Shown one piece after another: positions 1 through 11,620 of a stretch of DNA of 63,528 nt. The stretch lies in assembly GCA_002633005.1 (NCBI GenBank), contig NMRA01001013.1, positions 6,858 through 70,385 of the forward strand. The letters run 5' to 3'. The translations under genes and the position numbers were made by a program. The DNA comes from Phoronis australis (Eukaryota; Animalia; Phoronida). Positions within the stretch are counted from its first letter, which is position 1, and every line of letters begins with the position of its first letter. The notes beneath the pieces are model-generated. The model ran no database searches. It saw nothing but the letters and a program-made list of their open reading frames with translations, and was not told the origin of the DNA.

Positions 1-1158
1 CATTTATCCACCTTCACTCTTATCAGGCTTCTATTGTGAGTCAGCATGCGTGAATAATTGGCTGATAAGCCACCTCTGGAACTACTTTGGGCTGAATGGA
101 TGACCAGGCCATAAAATGATAATTAGCCAAGACCAGTTACTATAATGCAACAAAGAACAAGTAATAATGTCTTGCATCACCTAGCCTTGGTGGAAAGCTG
201 TATACTGTATTGGCTCAAACAAACGCTTAGAAAAATTCATTTCACAGGGAGGGGACGCTTATTGTAGTGAGCTTACGGCAGTTGAAACCCGGTTTCCCAA
301 ACAGGTAAAATCGGAAGCTAGGATTCATCAAATTTACGCTCTGTGACGTATTTGTAGCCTATGACAGCCTTTCTACAAAATTGTGGTGTATTGCTATCAA
401 CTTCCGTTGTTAAATTGCGATAATGTTTCAAAAAATTGTGCTCATCACAGGGCGAAAACTTGCCGACTGATGCGTCGCTGAATCGCGATCGTCAATAGGA
501 AAACTTGTACTCTTGAATAAAAATATAGTTTCGACTCAACAAATTACCTGAAATCTTCCTGATGTTTTACAATTTTTAAAGTTCATGTGGAGTCCAGATT
601 AATTGCGATTAAGTCCAAATGTCCGCTACATCGTACTCCACAACACGAGAAAAATCTCTTGATGAACACACATGTTGTTGTCACGTGATGTTTGTTTTGA
701 AGGTCGTCTGCGTATGAGAGTGAGTGAGCGTGCGTGTNCATGTCACATCAAAAAACCGGCTTAAACGGCGTTAAGAGGTTTTTTCTTCTATAACTCGGAC
801 CATAGGCCTTTAAGGGGCTAAGGGAATCTGAGCGGAGGCCAGCGTAAGCGAGAAATTCTCCACATACCAACAGTGCTTTCCACATCTCAACTATATCTGA
901 CATACCCACGAGTGAACACTGACTCACACAGGTGTGTCCCATTAACACTGACACACACTCCTGTACCAATTAGATCGGCTAAACCCAACACAGACACAAA
1001 AAGTGACCCAGCACTAACACACATGTCACCACTGACCACACGTGCCCCAACACAGACACGGCGTGATTATACGTGCTCCAACACTCAGTGACAAACGGCA
1101 CACGTGTCACAACATTCGGACATATGCATGTGTCTCAACACTAACATGTGTCCCAACA

Positions 1159-1312
1159 CAGGGGAAGATCCAGGATTTTAAGTTGGGAGGGGGGGGGCGG
1201 GGGCCAGGGCAGAGAATTAGCCAGGATTTTGCCGGTCAGACATTCGCCAAATGAAATCTGGGAAAAAAGTTAGGGAGGCTATAGCCCTCTTGGCCCCAAT
1301 AAAATCCGACTG
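1159..1312. mobile_element. MITE, CAG...CTG ends, 5-bp TSD CAACA
   Basis: CAGGGGAAGATCCAGGATTT start, ...ATCCGACTG end; CAACA at 1154-1158 and 1313-1317. Confidence 0.65.
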
Positions 1313-1638
1313 CAACACACTGAAACGGGCAGTGTCTCAATGACTGACACATGCACACGGCGTGTCCCAACACTTACATACGGCGACAAAAGGCTTTTCC
1401 CAGTTGAATGGCAAACAAACGTGTCCCACCAGTGACGTACACATGTGTCCCAATGACTGACAGATACACACATGTCCAAACAATGAAATACACACCGTTC
1501 CAACACTGACATACAAAAACTTTCCAACACTGACATACAAATACATGTCCCAACACAGACATACAAACCTGTCCCAACACTGACAAAAACACGTGTCAAA
1601 ATACTGGCATACAAACATGTCCCAACCGACTGACATGC

Positions 1639-1779
1639 CATGGGCGGCGCACCATATAGCGGGTTGGGGGCTATAGCCCCCCACTTTTTCAGTGCTAGGC
1701 TGCACATAGTCTATAGGCAGTGTACCACAGGGGGCTGAGGGGGTTTAGCCCCCACTTTTTCAGTGCTGCGCCGCCCATG
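1639..1779. mobile_element. MITE, 13-bp TIR CATGGGCGGCGCA, 5-bp TSD CATGC
   Basis: Perfect TIR pair; CATGC at 1634-1638 and 1780-1784. Confidence 0.8.
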
Positions 1780-2197
1780 CATGCATACACGTGTCCGAGC
1801 ACTGACATACAAACGTGACCCAACACTGATATATACACACGCGTGTCCCAACACTGACACACACGTGTCCCAACACTGACATACAAACATATACCAACAC
1901 TGATATACACGCGTCCGAGCACTGACATACAAACGTGTCCCAACACTATATATACACACGTGTCCGGACACTGACATACACACGTGTCCGGACACTGACA
2001 TACAAACATATAGCAACACTGACATACAAACATGTCCCAACACTGACATACACATCAATGCTGAAATATGGCGGTGGACCACGCACATCACCTAAAGATG
2101 ACATACCGGTACAAACTTGTTCCCACACAATGGTCACACCTAGTCATGAGCTTGGGTCATTCAACCTCACTTCTATCTGTTTATCCAAACAGATAAN

Positions 2198-2267
2198 TAA
2201 CCGCCCACCCCCGATTTTTTGAGTTTGCCAATTTAACCGCCCAGGGCGTTAACCCGAACGATTACGG
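2198..2267. mobile_element. End of a Tc1/pogo(Tc2)-like non-autonomous element at a TA site, truncated by N
   Basis: Terminus ...GATTACGG|TA; absent from the overlapping copy at 2107-2196. Confidence 0.45.
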
Positions 2268-2585
2268 TACAAACTTGTTCCCACACAATGGTCACACCTA
2301 GTCATGAGCTTGGGTCATTCAACCTCACTTCTATCTGTTTATCCAAACAGATAAAATTCAAGTCAAGATGCAAACACAGGTTTATTCAATTGACTTGCAC
2401 TTGTGCAACACTATTGGTGAATTTTGAGTTGTAATTTGGTTGGAAGCTTGTTTACAAGAAATAAAACATTGATAGGTTGTATCTGAAGTGAATATTTTGG
2501 CTTATGAAAGAAATCCAGAAAAGTACATTCACGTCAAAGTATAGTACGATAATGTTTTAGTGATAGCACAAAAGAATTGCCAGTG

Positions 2586-2959
2586 TCAACTAAATCGCAG
2601 TAGTCTTCTTTGTCTGAGTGATTCCATGTCAGCCTCAAGATTGGGATAAAGATTATTACTTTGCCCGGTTGTTGTTGGCTGAGGCATGCTGAATGTCTCT
2701 GGGTATGGAGCACTTCTCTCTGGATATGGAGCACTTCCCTCAGGATAAGGAGTACTTTCCTCTGGATAAGGAGCACTTGCTTCTGGATATGGAGCACTTC
2801 TCTCTGGATATGGGACACTTCTCTCTGGATATGGAGCACTTCTCTCTGGATATGGGGCACTACTCTCTGGGTACCGTGCACTTATCTCTGGGTATGGAGC
2901 AGTTCTTTCTGGGTACGGGACAGTTCCCTCTGGGTATGGTGCATACCGTGAGTTGGTCG
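2586..2959 (-). CDS. RHBDD1: RHBDD1 last coding exon (PYPE heptads + VCP-binding-like motif)
   Basis: tttgcag acceptor in phase 1; ends MESLRQRRLLRFS*; AATAAA on - strand at 2381-2386. Confidence 0.88.
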
Positions 2960-5900
2960 CTGCAAACAAAAAATCCATGCTCCTTACAGCTGTGTGTTAT
3001 TGTAAATGAAAATCACAAATAGAATACAAAAATTGTGGCAGACTAAGTTCAAGTTTCTTTAATTGTGACCAACTGTGCCTTGAACTTGATAAAAAGAAAG
3101 TTACATAAATAAAATTTCACTTGAGTCACGGAACAACATTGAAAACTGGTTTTTGCTAATGTCCACTTAATATTTTATGATTGGGATAAAATAACAGAAG
3201 CACTACCCCCAACCAAAATATGTTGTAGAAGATGCGAGTATAAGTGTATTACCAGAGGTTTGTGCACTGTTGTTCAGTGCCCACTGCATCTGGTCCTCTT
3301 CTGACAAGCCGCCAGTATAGTGCTGGAAGGCGGGGTCTGGTTCATTTGACTGGCGACCTGTACTGCCAGTGTGGTATGTGTAAGAGCGACCACGCCTCCT
3401 GTAGTTAGCTGCAACACATCAGTTATTTAATATAAGACTTATTTCTTATTCAGGACAATATTAACACATTACGTCTCGGTACAAATGTGCCATAAAGTAA
3501 TTTTACCTAGATAGTTTCAAAATGCTTCTAATGAAAGCTATATAAAAACTGGAAGAAAGTTAACAAAGTAATCCACTGAAGAGTCACCACTTAGTGACAA
3601 TGTTAATAAAAACCTTCTGGCACAAAAGTCAATTCCCAGTGTGCTCCCCAATTCAAATCTCATTGCATTCTTTGAAGGTATTGACTCATCATTTAGTTTT
3701 TATAGTCCACAGTTTCTAAAATAGCCAGGAAAGAATGTAGCCATGAACAGACAGTGGTTATCACTGTAGCCATGAACAGACAGTGGTTATCACTGTAGCC
3801 ATGAACAGATAGTGGTTATCACTGTAGCCATGAACAGACAGTGGTTATCACTGTAGCCAAAAACAGACAGTGGTTATCACTGCCACCCATCTCTGCACTG
3901 TAATTCCCAAACAAATGAAGCCTCTCATACAAGTCCAGAGGCTGGGGTAAGAATCTATTGTAATCCCAACCAGTAAAAAGCATACATAGGTGCAAGTTGG
4001 GAAATGCGATGTAGTACCTAATGTATAGGAGTACCAGATTTGAGAACCAGTTAGATGATTGTTATTCAATACAGAAAACTGGTTCTCAAAATGTGGGACA
4101 CCTAAAGGTGACTATTACCCTTTCTCATACAAGTTAGAAAACAGCTTCAGATCAGAAACAAATGCAGGCAAAAATGTAGTAACGTGAAAATTTAGTTTGT
4201 TTTTGTTTCAATAAATCATCTTACTTTGAGAAACAGGCAAAAATACAGCAAACATGTCCATAATGGTTTTCAGAGGTCCTTTTACAAAGGCCAGTCCAAC
4301 TAGAATTCCAGCTAAGTGACCTGAAAAACAGAAACAAACGTAACTATTCGCACAATTATAACTCAGTTCCCTCATGACTACACATTAAAAGCTGCATTTT
4401 GCTTATACTAAGCTGTCAATGTTGAATTCTTAACAGAAGCACTGTGGGGTTTAAAACACAACCACACTCATTTGTTCCTGAGTAATTGCTGAATGAGCCG
4501 TCAACTCAAGTCACAGGCAATCTGTAAGCCATGTTTGAATCCACACGTTTAGGGTTGGTCAATCCCAGTTAACTCTGAAGCGTTTTCTTGAGTCACTGAT
4601 AGTTTTGATGTTCTCGTTGGTTGGAATTAGATTTCTATCATGGTCAGAAACATGATGAGACCAATTTTAAGACATTAAAGGCCAATTTGATTTACATTTT
4701 CAGCCAGCTAAATGGGGTGAATGCAGCTTTAGGTTTTCCATTTCATGCACAGTTTTACCCAATTAAGGATAAATTTACACATAATTGCAATAGCATTCCA
4801 CTTCCACATACCTACGAAGGACGCATTTGGCACAAGAAGCTGAATGAGAACCAATTCCGCCCAAAATATCCACTTGGACGGAACAGGCAGGATGCCCATG
4901 ATATACTGAGTCCCTGCAGGACTGTGGTGTGTCATCAACACCTTTAAAGCAAAGAGCACACCTACAAATGACAAAAGTTCTGCACGTTACCAGAAGTGAA
5001 TGTTCTGATGCTCATAACATTATATTGACATGATGGGCTGACCACAGTTGGCAGGTGGGCAACTCTGGATGGTCATAAAACCTTAAGTCTTTCCATTCGA
5101 TTACTCTTCATTGTACTTTAATCCAACACCGTTAAGATATGAGTAGCCTGAACAATTAAGACATTTGATTTAATTTTTTTCTCTTTTTGTGGATGGAAAC
5201 ATTACCAACAATAATAGCTTGTACAGCGTATAATTTCTGAAGCCCCAGTTCGCTTCACAATCATGTACTTTCACCAGGCCAAAGATGCCAGCAAACTTTT
5301 TAAATTGATCACTTGCTGGTGACTATAAAGCCTCCCACCTGACTCAATCATGCTGACAAATAAAAAGAGTGGAACTGTGCTTATAATTGATCCACACTTT
5401 GCAGGACAATTTGTTAAAAATTTCTATAATTTAGTTATTTGTTCATCAACCTTAAAGTGATATTCATAATATAAAGACAGATAAAATTGGATAGCATTGT
5501 AACACAATGTATAATCACCTGAAAAGCCCACGGCACAAGAATGAATGTAGTATGTATCCTCAGTAATTTCGTAAAGACCAACATTTAGAGCAACCATCAG
5601 CGCATGTATAGCCACTGTGAAGACTGCTATAAGATATGCAAAGTAGACTGATCCATACTTCTTCTCCAGCGTGCTTCCCTTCCACAGCAGTGACACCATA
5701 TTGTAATAGAGATGCATGTCACCAGCATGGAAGAATGGAGCCAGAACAAGCCTTCTCCAGTCTTCATTGAACCAAACAGTTTCCACACTGATACAAACTC
5801 CATGCACAGACATAAGGGGAAATATAACTCCCATAAATACGGCAACGTTAAAAGCTAAAGTTATTAAAGTCACAGGTGGGATTCTGTGAAACCCAAATCT

Positions 5901-5966
5901 CATGACTTCAGCAAATAGCAACAGAGGAGCAATGCCTCCTGGGCCTCTTCCAATTCTTCTAAACAT
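2586..5966 (-). CDS. RHBDD1: Rhomboid-related protein 4 (RHBDL4), ER intramembrane serine protease; spliced CDS, 5 coding exons
   Basis: Exons 5966-5519, 4961-4812, 4320-4225, 3408-3253, 2959-2586 join in frame via GT-AG sites. Motifs: WRR, HLYYN, catalytic GFSG, GHLAG, UIM-like YTGGLSEEDQMQWAL, C-terminal p97-binding-like LRQRRLLRF. Confidence 0.95.
2695..2946 (-). repeat. Coding 21-bp tandem repeat (12 x [RGS]SAPYPE) in RHBDD1
   Basis: Units such as CTCTGGATATGGAGCACTTCT; translation shows 12 heptads. Confidence 0.92.
3253..3408 (-). CDS. RHBDD1: RHBDD1 coding exon 4 (ubiquitin-interacting motif)
   Basis: ttgcag acceptor, G|gtaata donor; encodes ...HYTGGLSEEDQMQWALNNSAQTS. Confidence 0.88.
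3736..3882. repeat. 29-bp minisatellite x5 in RHBDD1 intron
   Basis: TGTAGCCATGAACAGACAGTGGTTATCAC in tandem. Confidence 0.92.
4225..4320 (-). CDS. RHBDD1: RHBDD1 coding exon 3 (GHLAGILVGL..., catalytic His)
   Basis: ttttcag acceptor, A|gtaag donor; hand translation GHLAGILVGLAFVKGPLKTIMDMFAVFLPVSQ. Confidence 0.92.
4812..4961 (-). CDS. RHBDD1: RHBDD1 coding exon 2 (GVLFALK...PNASFV)
   Basis: tttgtag acceptor, G|gtatgt donor, phase 1-1. Confidence 0.93.
5519..5966 (-). CDS. RHBDD1: RHBDD1 coding exon 1 (MFRRIGRG...CAVGFS)
   Basis: Acceptor tttcag two nt before ATG at 5966; donor G|gtgatt; rhomboid TM core. Confidence 0.93.
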
Positions 5967-6667
5967 TCCTGAAACATAATAAATGATTAGAAATTTACAA
6001 CCACATTTCAATGAGTGTCTACTTAACATGGACAGACCTAAATCCACAGCAAGGTGGCTATTAGATGCCCAAGATTCACCTGCAATACCGAGTTATTAAG
6101 ACTAAATTAAGCGTAATATTTGGTAGTAAACAGTAAAATTTTAACAATTTCACCAACACAAGATATAAGATGGGAACTTTAAAGAAAACCACATTTCAAA
6201 ATTTTTGTTACGCTTCCGCACTGTATGCAGGGTGAGTTTCCCAATTTCGATGATCGGGAACTCGGAAACATCCATGTTGTCATCAGTTTGACAGTGTTAG
6301 CAAGGGGAGAAAGTTGGCAAACCAATGTTTGCATAGTCCATCTCTCTCATTGTCTGCATTCATCTGATAAGCTCACGTAATCCAGCAATTATGTTGTAAA
6401 CAGCATGCCTGTCACTAAAAATACTATTTCCAAAAGACGTTCAACAAATGTCGTGGCATATTGTGTACCAACACAAAGTAACATAATTCATAAAAGACTT
6501 TTTATGAACCTGAAGTAACTACTTGCAGATGATGACAAGGGGAGTTCAACCACAATTTTCAAAGGGAAAATGTTTGTGTAGTTCACTAAATTGTTTTGGT
6601 CACGTTTGTCGTTTGACTATGGGAAACGATTTAGGAAACCCAGATGTTTTGGTTCACTTGGACTTAA

Positions 6668-6928
6668 AAGGGGACTGTAGTCAAAATAATGTTGCAGTTA
6701 ATCGGTTCTAACATACAAATAAAACTCACATTTGCCTGACTTGCGTGCCAAACAAAAGCCAATTCGTATTCATGGTCAAAACACTGAATTCTGAAAGCGA
6801 TCGCTGATTGGCTGATGTGTCAGTGACGTGAACGGCGGGGTATCGGCTGCTTTGCACATTCATTGCTTATGTCATATTTGAAGAGTTTACATCGTAATTT
6901 ATCATTGTATCAATCGTCCTTATTTTTT
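6668..6928. mobile_element. Left part of a TTAA-site (Kolobok-like) insertion, truncated by N
   Basis: Begins after TTAA 6664-6667 with AAGGGGAC; the overlapping copy continues differently after TTAA 7563-7566. Confidence 0.5.
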
Positions 6929-6931
6929 NCC

Positions 6932-7566
6932 TAACATGGACAGACCTAAATGCACAGCAAGGTGGCTATTAGATGCCCAGGATTCACCTGCGATACCGAG
7001 TTATTAAGACTAAATTAAGCGTAATATTTAGTAGTAAACAGTAAAATGTTAACAATTTCATCAACACAAGATATAAGATGGGAACTTTAAAGAAAACCAC
7101 ATTTCAAAATTTTTGTTACGCTCCCGCACCGTATGCGGGATGAGTTTCCCAATTTCGATGATCGGGAACTCGGAAACATCCATGTTGTCATCAGTTTGAC
7201 AGTGTTAGCAAGGGGAGAAAATTGGCAAACCAATGTTTGCATAATCCATCTCTCTCATTGTCTGCATTCATCTGATAGGCTCATGTAATCCAGTAGTTAT
7301 GTTGTAAAAACAGCATGCCTGTCACTAAAAATACTATTTCCAAAAGACGGCAACAAATGTCGTGGCATATTGTGTACCAACACAAAGTAATATAATTCAT
7401 AAAAGACTTTATGAACCTGAAGTAACTACTTCCAGATGATGCCAAGAGGAGTTCAACCACAATTTTCAAAGGGAAAACGTTTGTGTAGTCACTAAATTGT
7501 TTTGGTCACGTTTGACTATGGGAAACGATTTAAGAAACCCAGATGTTTTGGTTCACTTTGACTTAA
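6932..7566. other. Overlap duplicate of 6024-6667 (probable second haplotype)
   Basis: Begins at N 6929; near-identical with scattered SNPs and indels. Confidence 0.85.
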
Positions 7567-7656
7567 GGTGATGAAGTTCGGGCAAATCTCATCATACGCC
7601 CACCCCCACCACGTACCACCCCCAACGGCCAGACATACCAATGTACTAGTACTTAC

Positions 7657-8151
7657 CTCATTAATTCCCAAATGCATGAATGGCCCGGGATCGTTCAAAA
7701 GGCAACCAGTAGCTGCTTAAAAATTTACATCGCCATTTTATGGGCCAACAATACAAAAACCTTTGTTTGGTTTCAACTCAAGACTACAGCGGTTTCTAAA
7801 TTGAGACTAGCCTAGCTGATATCAATCTAGTTTACTGTCTCTAATTTATGTCATTGGAATATTGTAATATAGTAACCCAATATTTTAAAATTTACACTCA
7901 CCAAAGCCGTGTAGACAGTGACCACCGTCTAGCTTGCCAATAGAGATAATGTAGCTCCTATAGGAGCTTCATACGCCGGAAGCATTTCAGCGAATTATGA
8001 CTCTACTGGCCAGCAAGAAACGATGGTCGCTGTCTACCGCCAGTACCAGTCCACAGGCGTCCTCTGATCGTTCGATCAGAAGCTGAGGACGCCTGTGGCT
8101 GTGCACCGCCACCGGTCGTGACGCCAGAGCAAGCGCAATACCACAAAACAG
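7657..8151. promoter_or_regulatory. Putative bidirectional promoter and first non-coding exons of RHBDD1 (-) and ANKRD39 (+)
   Basis: Minus-strand donor GAG|gtaagt at 7657/7656; YY1-type CGCCATTTT at 7731-7739; plus-strand donor CAG|gtaac at 8151/8152; CpG-richer segment; both ATG exons start with splice acceptors. Confidence 0.55.
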
Positions 8152-9231
8152 GTAACAAAAACAAAGATCAAACGTAAACCTACCGTTCGCTAAATCAAAA
8201 CTACTGTTAATGAGTCAAAACGTTTCATCATGTTTTACTCGTTTAAGTGTGCCGTGAAACCCCGTCGTGCGAAACACACGTCAGCATATCAGTTCAGAAA
8301 ATTTGATTCATCACCGAATCAAAACATGAGGGAAGAAAGTAATAATTTGAACAAATTATCGCTCGATAGTTGTGAACTAAAATAGATATTATTCCTTGTC
8401 ATATTCAGTAGGATAGCTAGGTTTGAACTCCGCAGTAAATTCAAAATTATGATAAATTCGCTTATCCGTTTTTTTTTTACACATAAAAGTGATTTAGATG
8501 TCGAAAACACGTTCATCATTGTTTCATTGCGTTACCTCAAAGGCTCGTAGACTGCTTCTGGCTTCTGCTGTAAACAGAGATGTCTTTGATGTAAGTATAG
8601 CATAGCTGATAGACTATAGTACTATAGTCTAGGAAGTAAGTAAGGAATTAAAACGTTTATTTTAAATCGGTGTGGGTAGATACAACAAAAGAAACATTAG
8701 CACAGCTATACAGAACAACTGTGTAAATCACAGGCACCTTTGATCAGCCCTCAACTACGGTATACACTAAAAGACTAAAGACTTCTGTCACAAGAACTCA
8801 GGCATAGGCCACCGGTAGATAGTCATTTTTAGTATGTGGTAATTAGGCTGAATTCGAGAGCAAGTCAATCACTGGGCAATGCCTGTTATTCTGTGTATTA
8901 CCTAGGACCATTATCAAATATTACTCCCAGGTATGACTCTGTTTCTCATAATGAGGTAAATGAGGGACTACTAATGAGAAAAAATGTTCCCATTTTGTCA
9001 TTTTGTGCATGTGGTTCTGATAAAATTTAGAATTAACCAAAAAACACTTTCTTTCCTTGCTTAAATCTGATTATTTTAAATACTGTTGCACGTAGCCTAT
9101 CCCTTTTGATTACCCCTCAGGTTAATCCTAAAGACATTGTAGGCTGTTCTCTTCAATTGAGACACTGTTCATATAATTGTATCCGAGGCTGAACCCCAAA
9201 CATTGCTTTACAGGTCAGGTGTGGTCTCATT

Positions 9232-9420
9232 ATGAGTCATCAACATGACAGTTGCTGTAGCCATGTAACAGCTCCATCACTGCACCAAACTCTTGACGAA
9301 TTGGACTTTGAACGGGGAATATGGTCAGCTGCTAAGGATGGTGATTTGGAGCGTGTTATGCATTACCTGAAACACAGTGGTGATCCTAATGCCAAAGATT
9401 CTGCAAGATACACGCCATTA
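9232..9420 (+). CDS. ANKRD39: ANKRD39 coding exon 1
   Basis: Acceptor tttacag ending 9213, ATG 9232, donor TTA|gtatga. Confidence 0.9.
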
Positions 9421-11412
9421 GTATGATATATTTTAAACATTTTATTTATCAACACTGAAATGCCAATGTCATGTCATTCTGATCGATAAGTTTTCAGGTG
9501 GTGTGTTATTGGTCTGATTGTCGTCAACTTAGTATGTGAATGATGAAATTGATGATCTAAATTTAGGAAATAGCCATTAATTTCTGCCTGTGTCACTATT
9601 TGTAGAGTGAGTGTGGCCAGGATGTTCATTACTGAGAACATAAAAGAATTACTAGAGAAAATGTTACCGGTAGTATCACTCTCCAACTTTTGGTGGCCAT
9701 GACAGTATTGTTATCAGACATGAAAAGATTTGGTGTAGCCAACTGCTATCTCTTACTATCCTGACTCTATAGTCGATTCATAACCACATATTCATTATAA
9801 TGATTAACAATATTCCTCATTTCAGCTGTATTCCAGTCGAAGTGGTCACCTCAAGGTGTGTGAAGTGTTGTTAGAGCATGGTGCTGACTGTAACTATCAA
9901 ACGCCCTCTGGTGGCTCTACAGCACTACACAGAGCTGCCTACTGTGGACATGACTCTGTTGTCAACTTGTTGATCAACACTGGCGCCAATACACTACTGA
10001 CTGATTCTGATGGCAAGACGGCGCTGCATAAGGCATGTCACTTTGTCATACTACAGGTGTTCTGAATGTCTGTCAGTTTGTACACGTGTCCTCAATGGGT
10101 TTCAGTTTGTGTGTTAGCCTGTGCGCGTGGCTTTAGTGTGTGCCAGTTTGTACATGTGCCCACAATATATATCAGTTTGTATATGTGCCCTCAATGTGTG
10201 TCAGTGTGTACACATACCCTCAGTGTGTGTTAGTTTGTACAGGTGCCCTCAGTGTGTGTCAGTTTGTACACGTGTCCTCAATGTGTGTCAGTGTGTACAC
10301 ATACCCTCAGTGTGTGTTCGTGTGTACATGTGTCCTCAATGTGTGTCAGTATGTAGTCATGCCCTCAAGGTCTGTTAGTTTGTACCTGTGCTTAGAAGTG
10401 ATCAGTTACGAACAGTCAAGCATTTACATGTTTTGATGTCATTGTAGATAACAAAGTGTTTGAAGTGATTTCTCCACACACTGTTTGTCTAATTACCAGG
10501 AAAGTATACCCCTGTTGAACCAACCTTAGTCAACGAAATCTTTCTGTTTTTTGACCATATTACTCTTCCTTCTGTCAATGTAACTTTTAGTTTAGACTAC
10601 TTACTGCTGTAAAACTGATCTTAATTTGTTTCTCAGTCGAGAAGTAGTTTATGAGCTTTCAAAAAGTATCAATATATCATTGTTTGATGCCATGCTTGAC
10701 GCATAAAATGATCCACCACGACAAGCCAACTTTGATGATTTGATGTCCAGGTAAATTCCTGTAATTTTATTCACTGATGTTATAACTTAGTGTATGCTGG
10801 TAGCAAATTTTCTTATAACTGACTACTGTTCATGGCAATAATGAAGAGAAGATACCCACATGGAGACATAATTTACATTTTTTCTTGGATCTGTGATTGG
10901 AACATCCGTCATCGTCAAAGGAGAGAAATCCTACTCAAACAATTGCCACAAAAGCATATGGAAACTCCATCAAATACTACAGAGTACAGGCACAAGAGAT
11001 AAAGTGTACAATTAAATGTTATGATAAACAATTTTGCTTATGTACATGCTTACGTGTAGAGCCTGGTGTCAAGCAATGGCAATCTGTCGGTTTTTCCCAA
11101 GCCCAAAAATTACTTTTGGCCGGGTTTGACTGAGAAGCAATGAGACCAATTTCCTAGTGGTAAGTGATTTAAATCAAGAGTTGGTTTTACACAAGGTGGG
11201 TTTATAGAGACTTTATAAAGATGTGGTGGACGTAAGTCATTTTAACATGAACGAACTGTTTACAGGCTGTTGAAAATAGACAGGAACAATGCATGGTCTT
11301 GTTGATAAAGTCAAGCAAAGAACTACTTGACATACAAGACAACAAAGGACAAAAGCCAAGGGATTTCATTGACAGTCTGTGCCTTCCATTTGATGCTGGA
11401 GCCCTTGGATGA
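9232..11412 (+). CDS. ANKRD39: Ankyrin repeat domain-containing protein 39; spliced CDS, 3 coding exons
   Basis: Characteristic QTLDELDFERGIWSAA N-terminus and GGSTALHRAAYCGH repeat; exons 9232-9420, 9826-10032, 11266-11412 join in frame. Confidence 0.93.
9826..10032 (+). CDS. ANKRD39: ANKRD39 coding exon 2 (probable GC donor)
   Basis: tttcag acceptor; LYSSRSGHLKVCEVLL...DGKTALHK then AAG|gcatgt. Confidence 0.88.
10050..10390. repeat. ~29-bp TG-rich minisatellite in ANKRD39 intron
   Basis: GTGTGTCAGTTTGTACACGTGTCCTCAAT variants, ~11 units. Confidence 0.88.
11266..11412 (+). CDS. ANKRD39: ANKRD39 last coding exon
   Basis: tttacag acceptor; AVENRQEQCMVLLIK...IQDNKGQKPRDF...* completes the last ankyrin repeat. 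Confidence 0.85.
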   Translation, partial: AVENRQEQCMVLLIKSSKELLDIQDNKGQKPRDFIDSLCLPFDAGALG

Positions 11413-11478
11413 GAGCTCCTCTGACGAGGGAACATGAGTTATTGCTAATTTGAAATTCCAACATGAGAATGATCTGTG

Positions 11479-11620
11479 CAGTGGTGGGGGGGGGGGCAAG
11501 GGGCCATGGTCCCCCCTAAAATTCTCCCAGATTCAATTTGACAGTTTGGAGGTGCGAATGTCTGATGGGCAAAATGTTGGATAACACTCTGCCTGACTCA
11601 AAATCCTGGATCCGCCCCTG
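11479..11620. mobile_element. MITE related to 1159-1312, 5-bp TSD CTGTG, just 3' of ANKRD39 stop
   Basis: End AAATCCTGGATCCGCCCCTG; CTGTG at 11474-11478 and 11621-11625. Confidence 0.65.

Larger units (their letters stand above)
880..2060. repeat. Degenerate ~26-bp minisatellite (ACACGTGTCCCAACACTGACATACAA)
   Basis: Many tandem variants; interrupted by two MITEs. Confidence 0.9.

Noticed and set aside
748-2222. Cluster of Cys/Val-rich ORFs
   Set aside because: Products of the 26-bp minisatellite in several frames.
5969-6047. N-terminal extension of the RHBDD1 ORF in the ORF track
   Set aside because: Starts at a non-ATG codon upstream of a splice acceptor; it is intronic.
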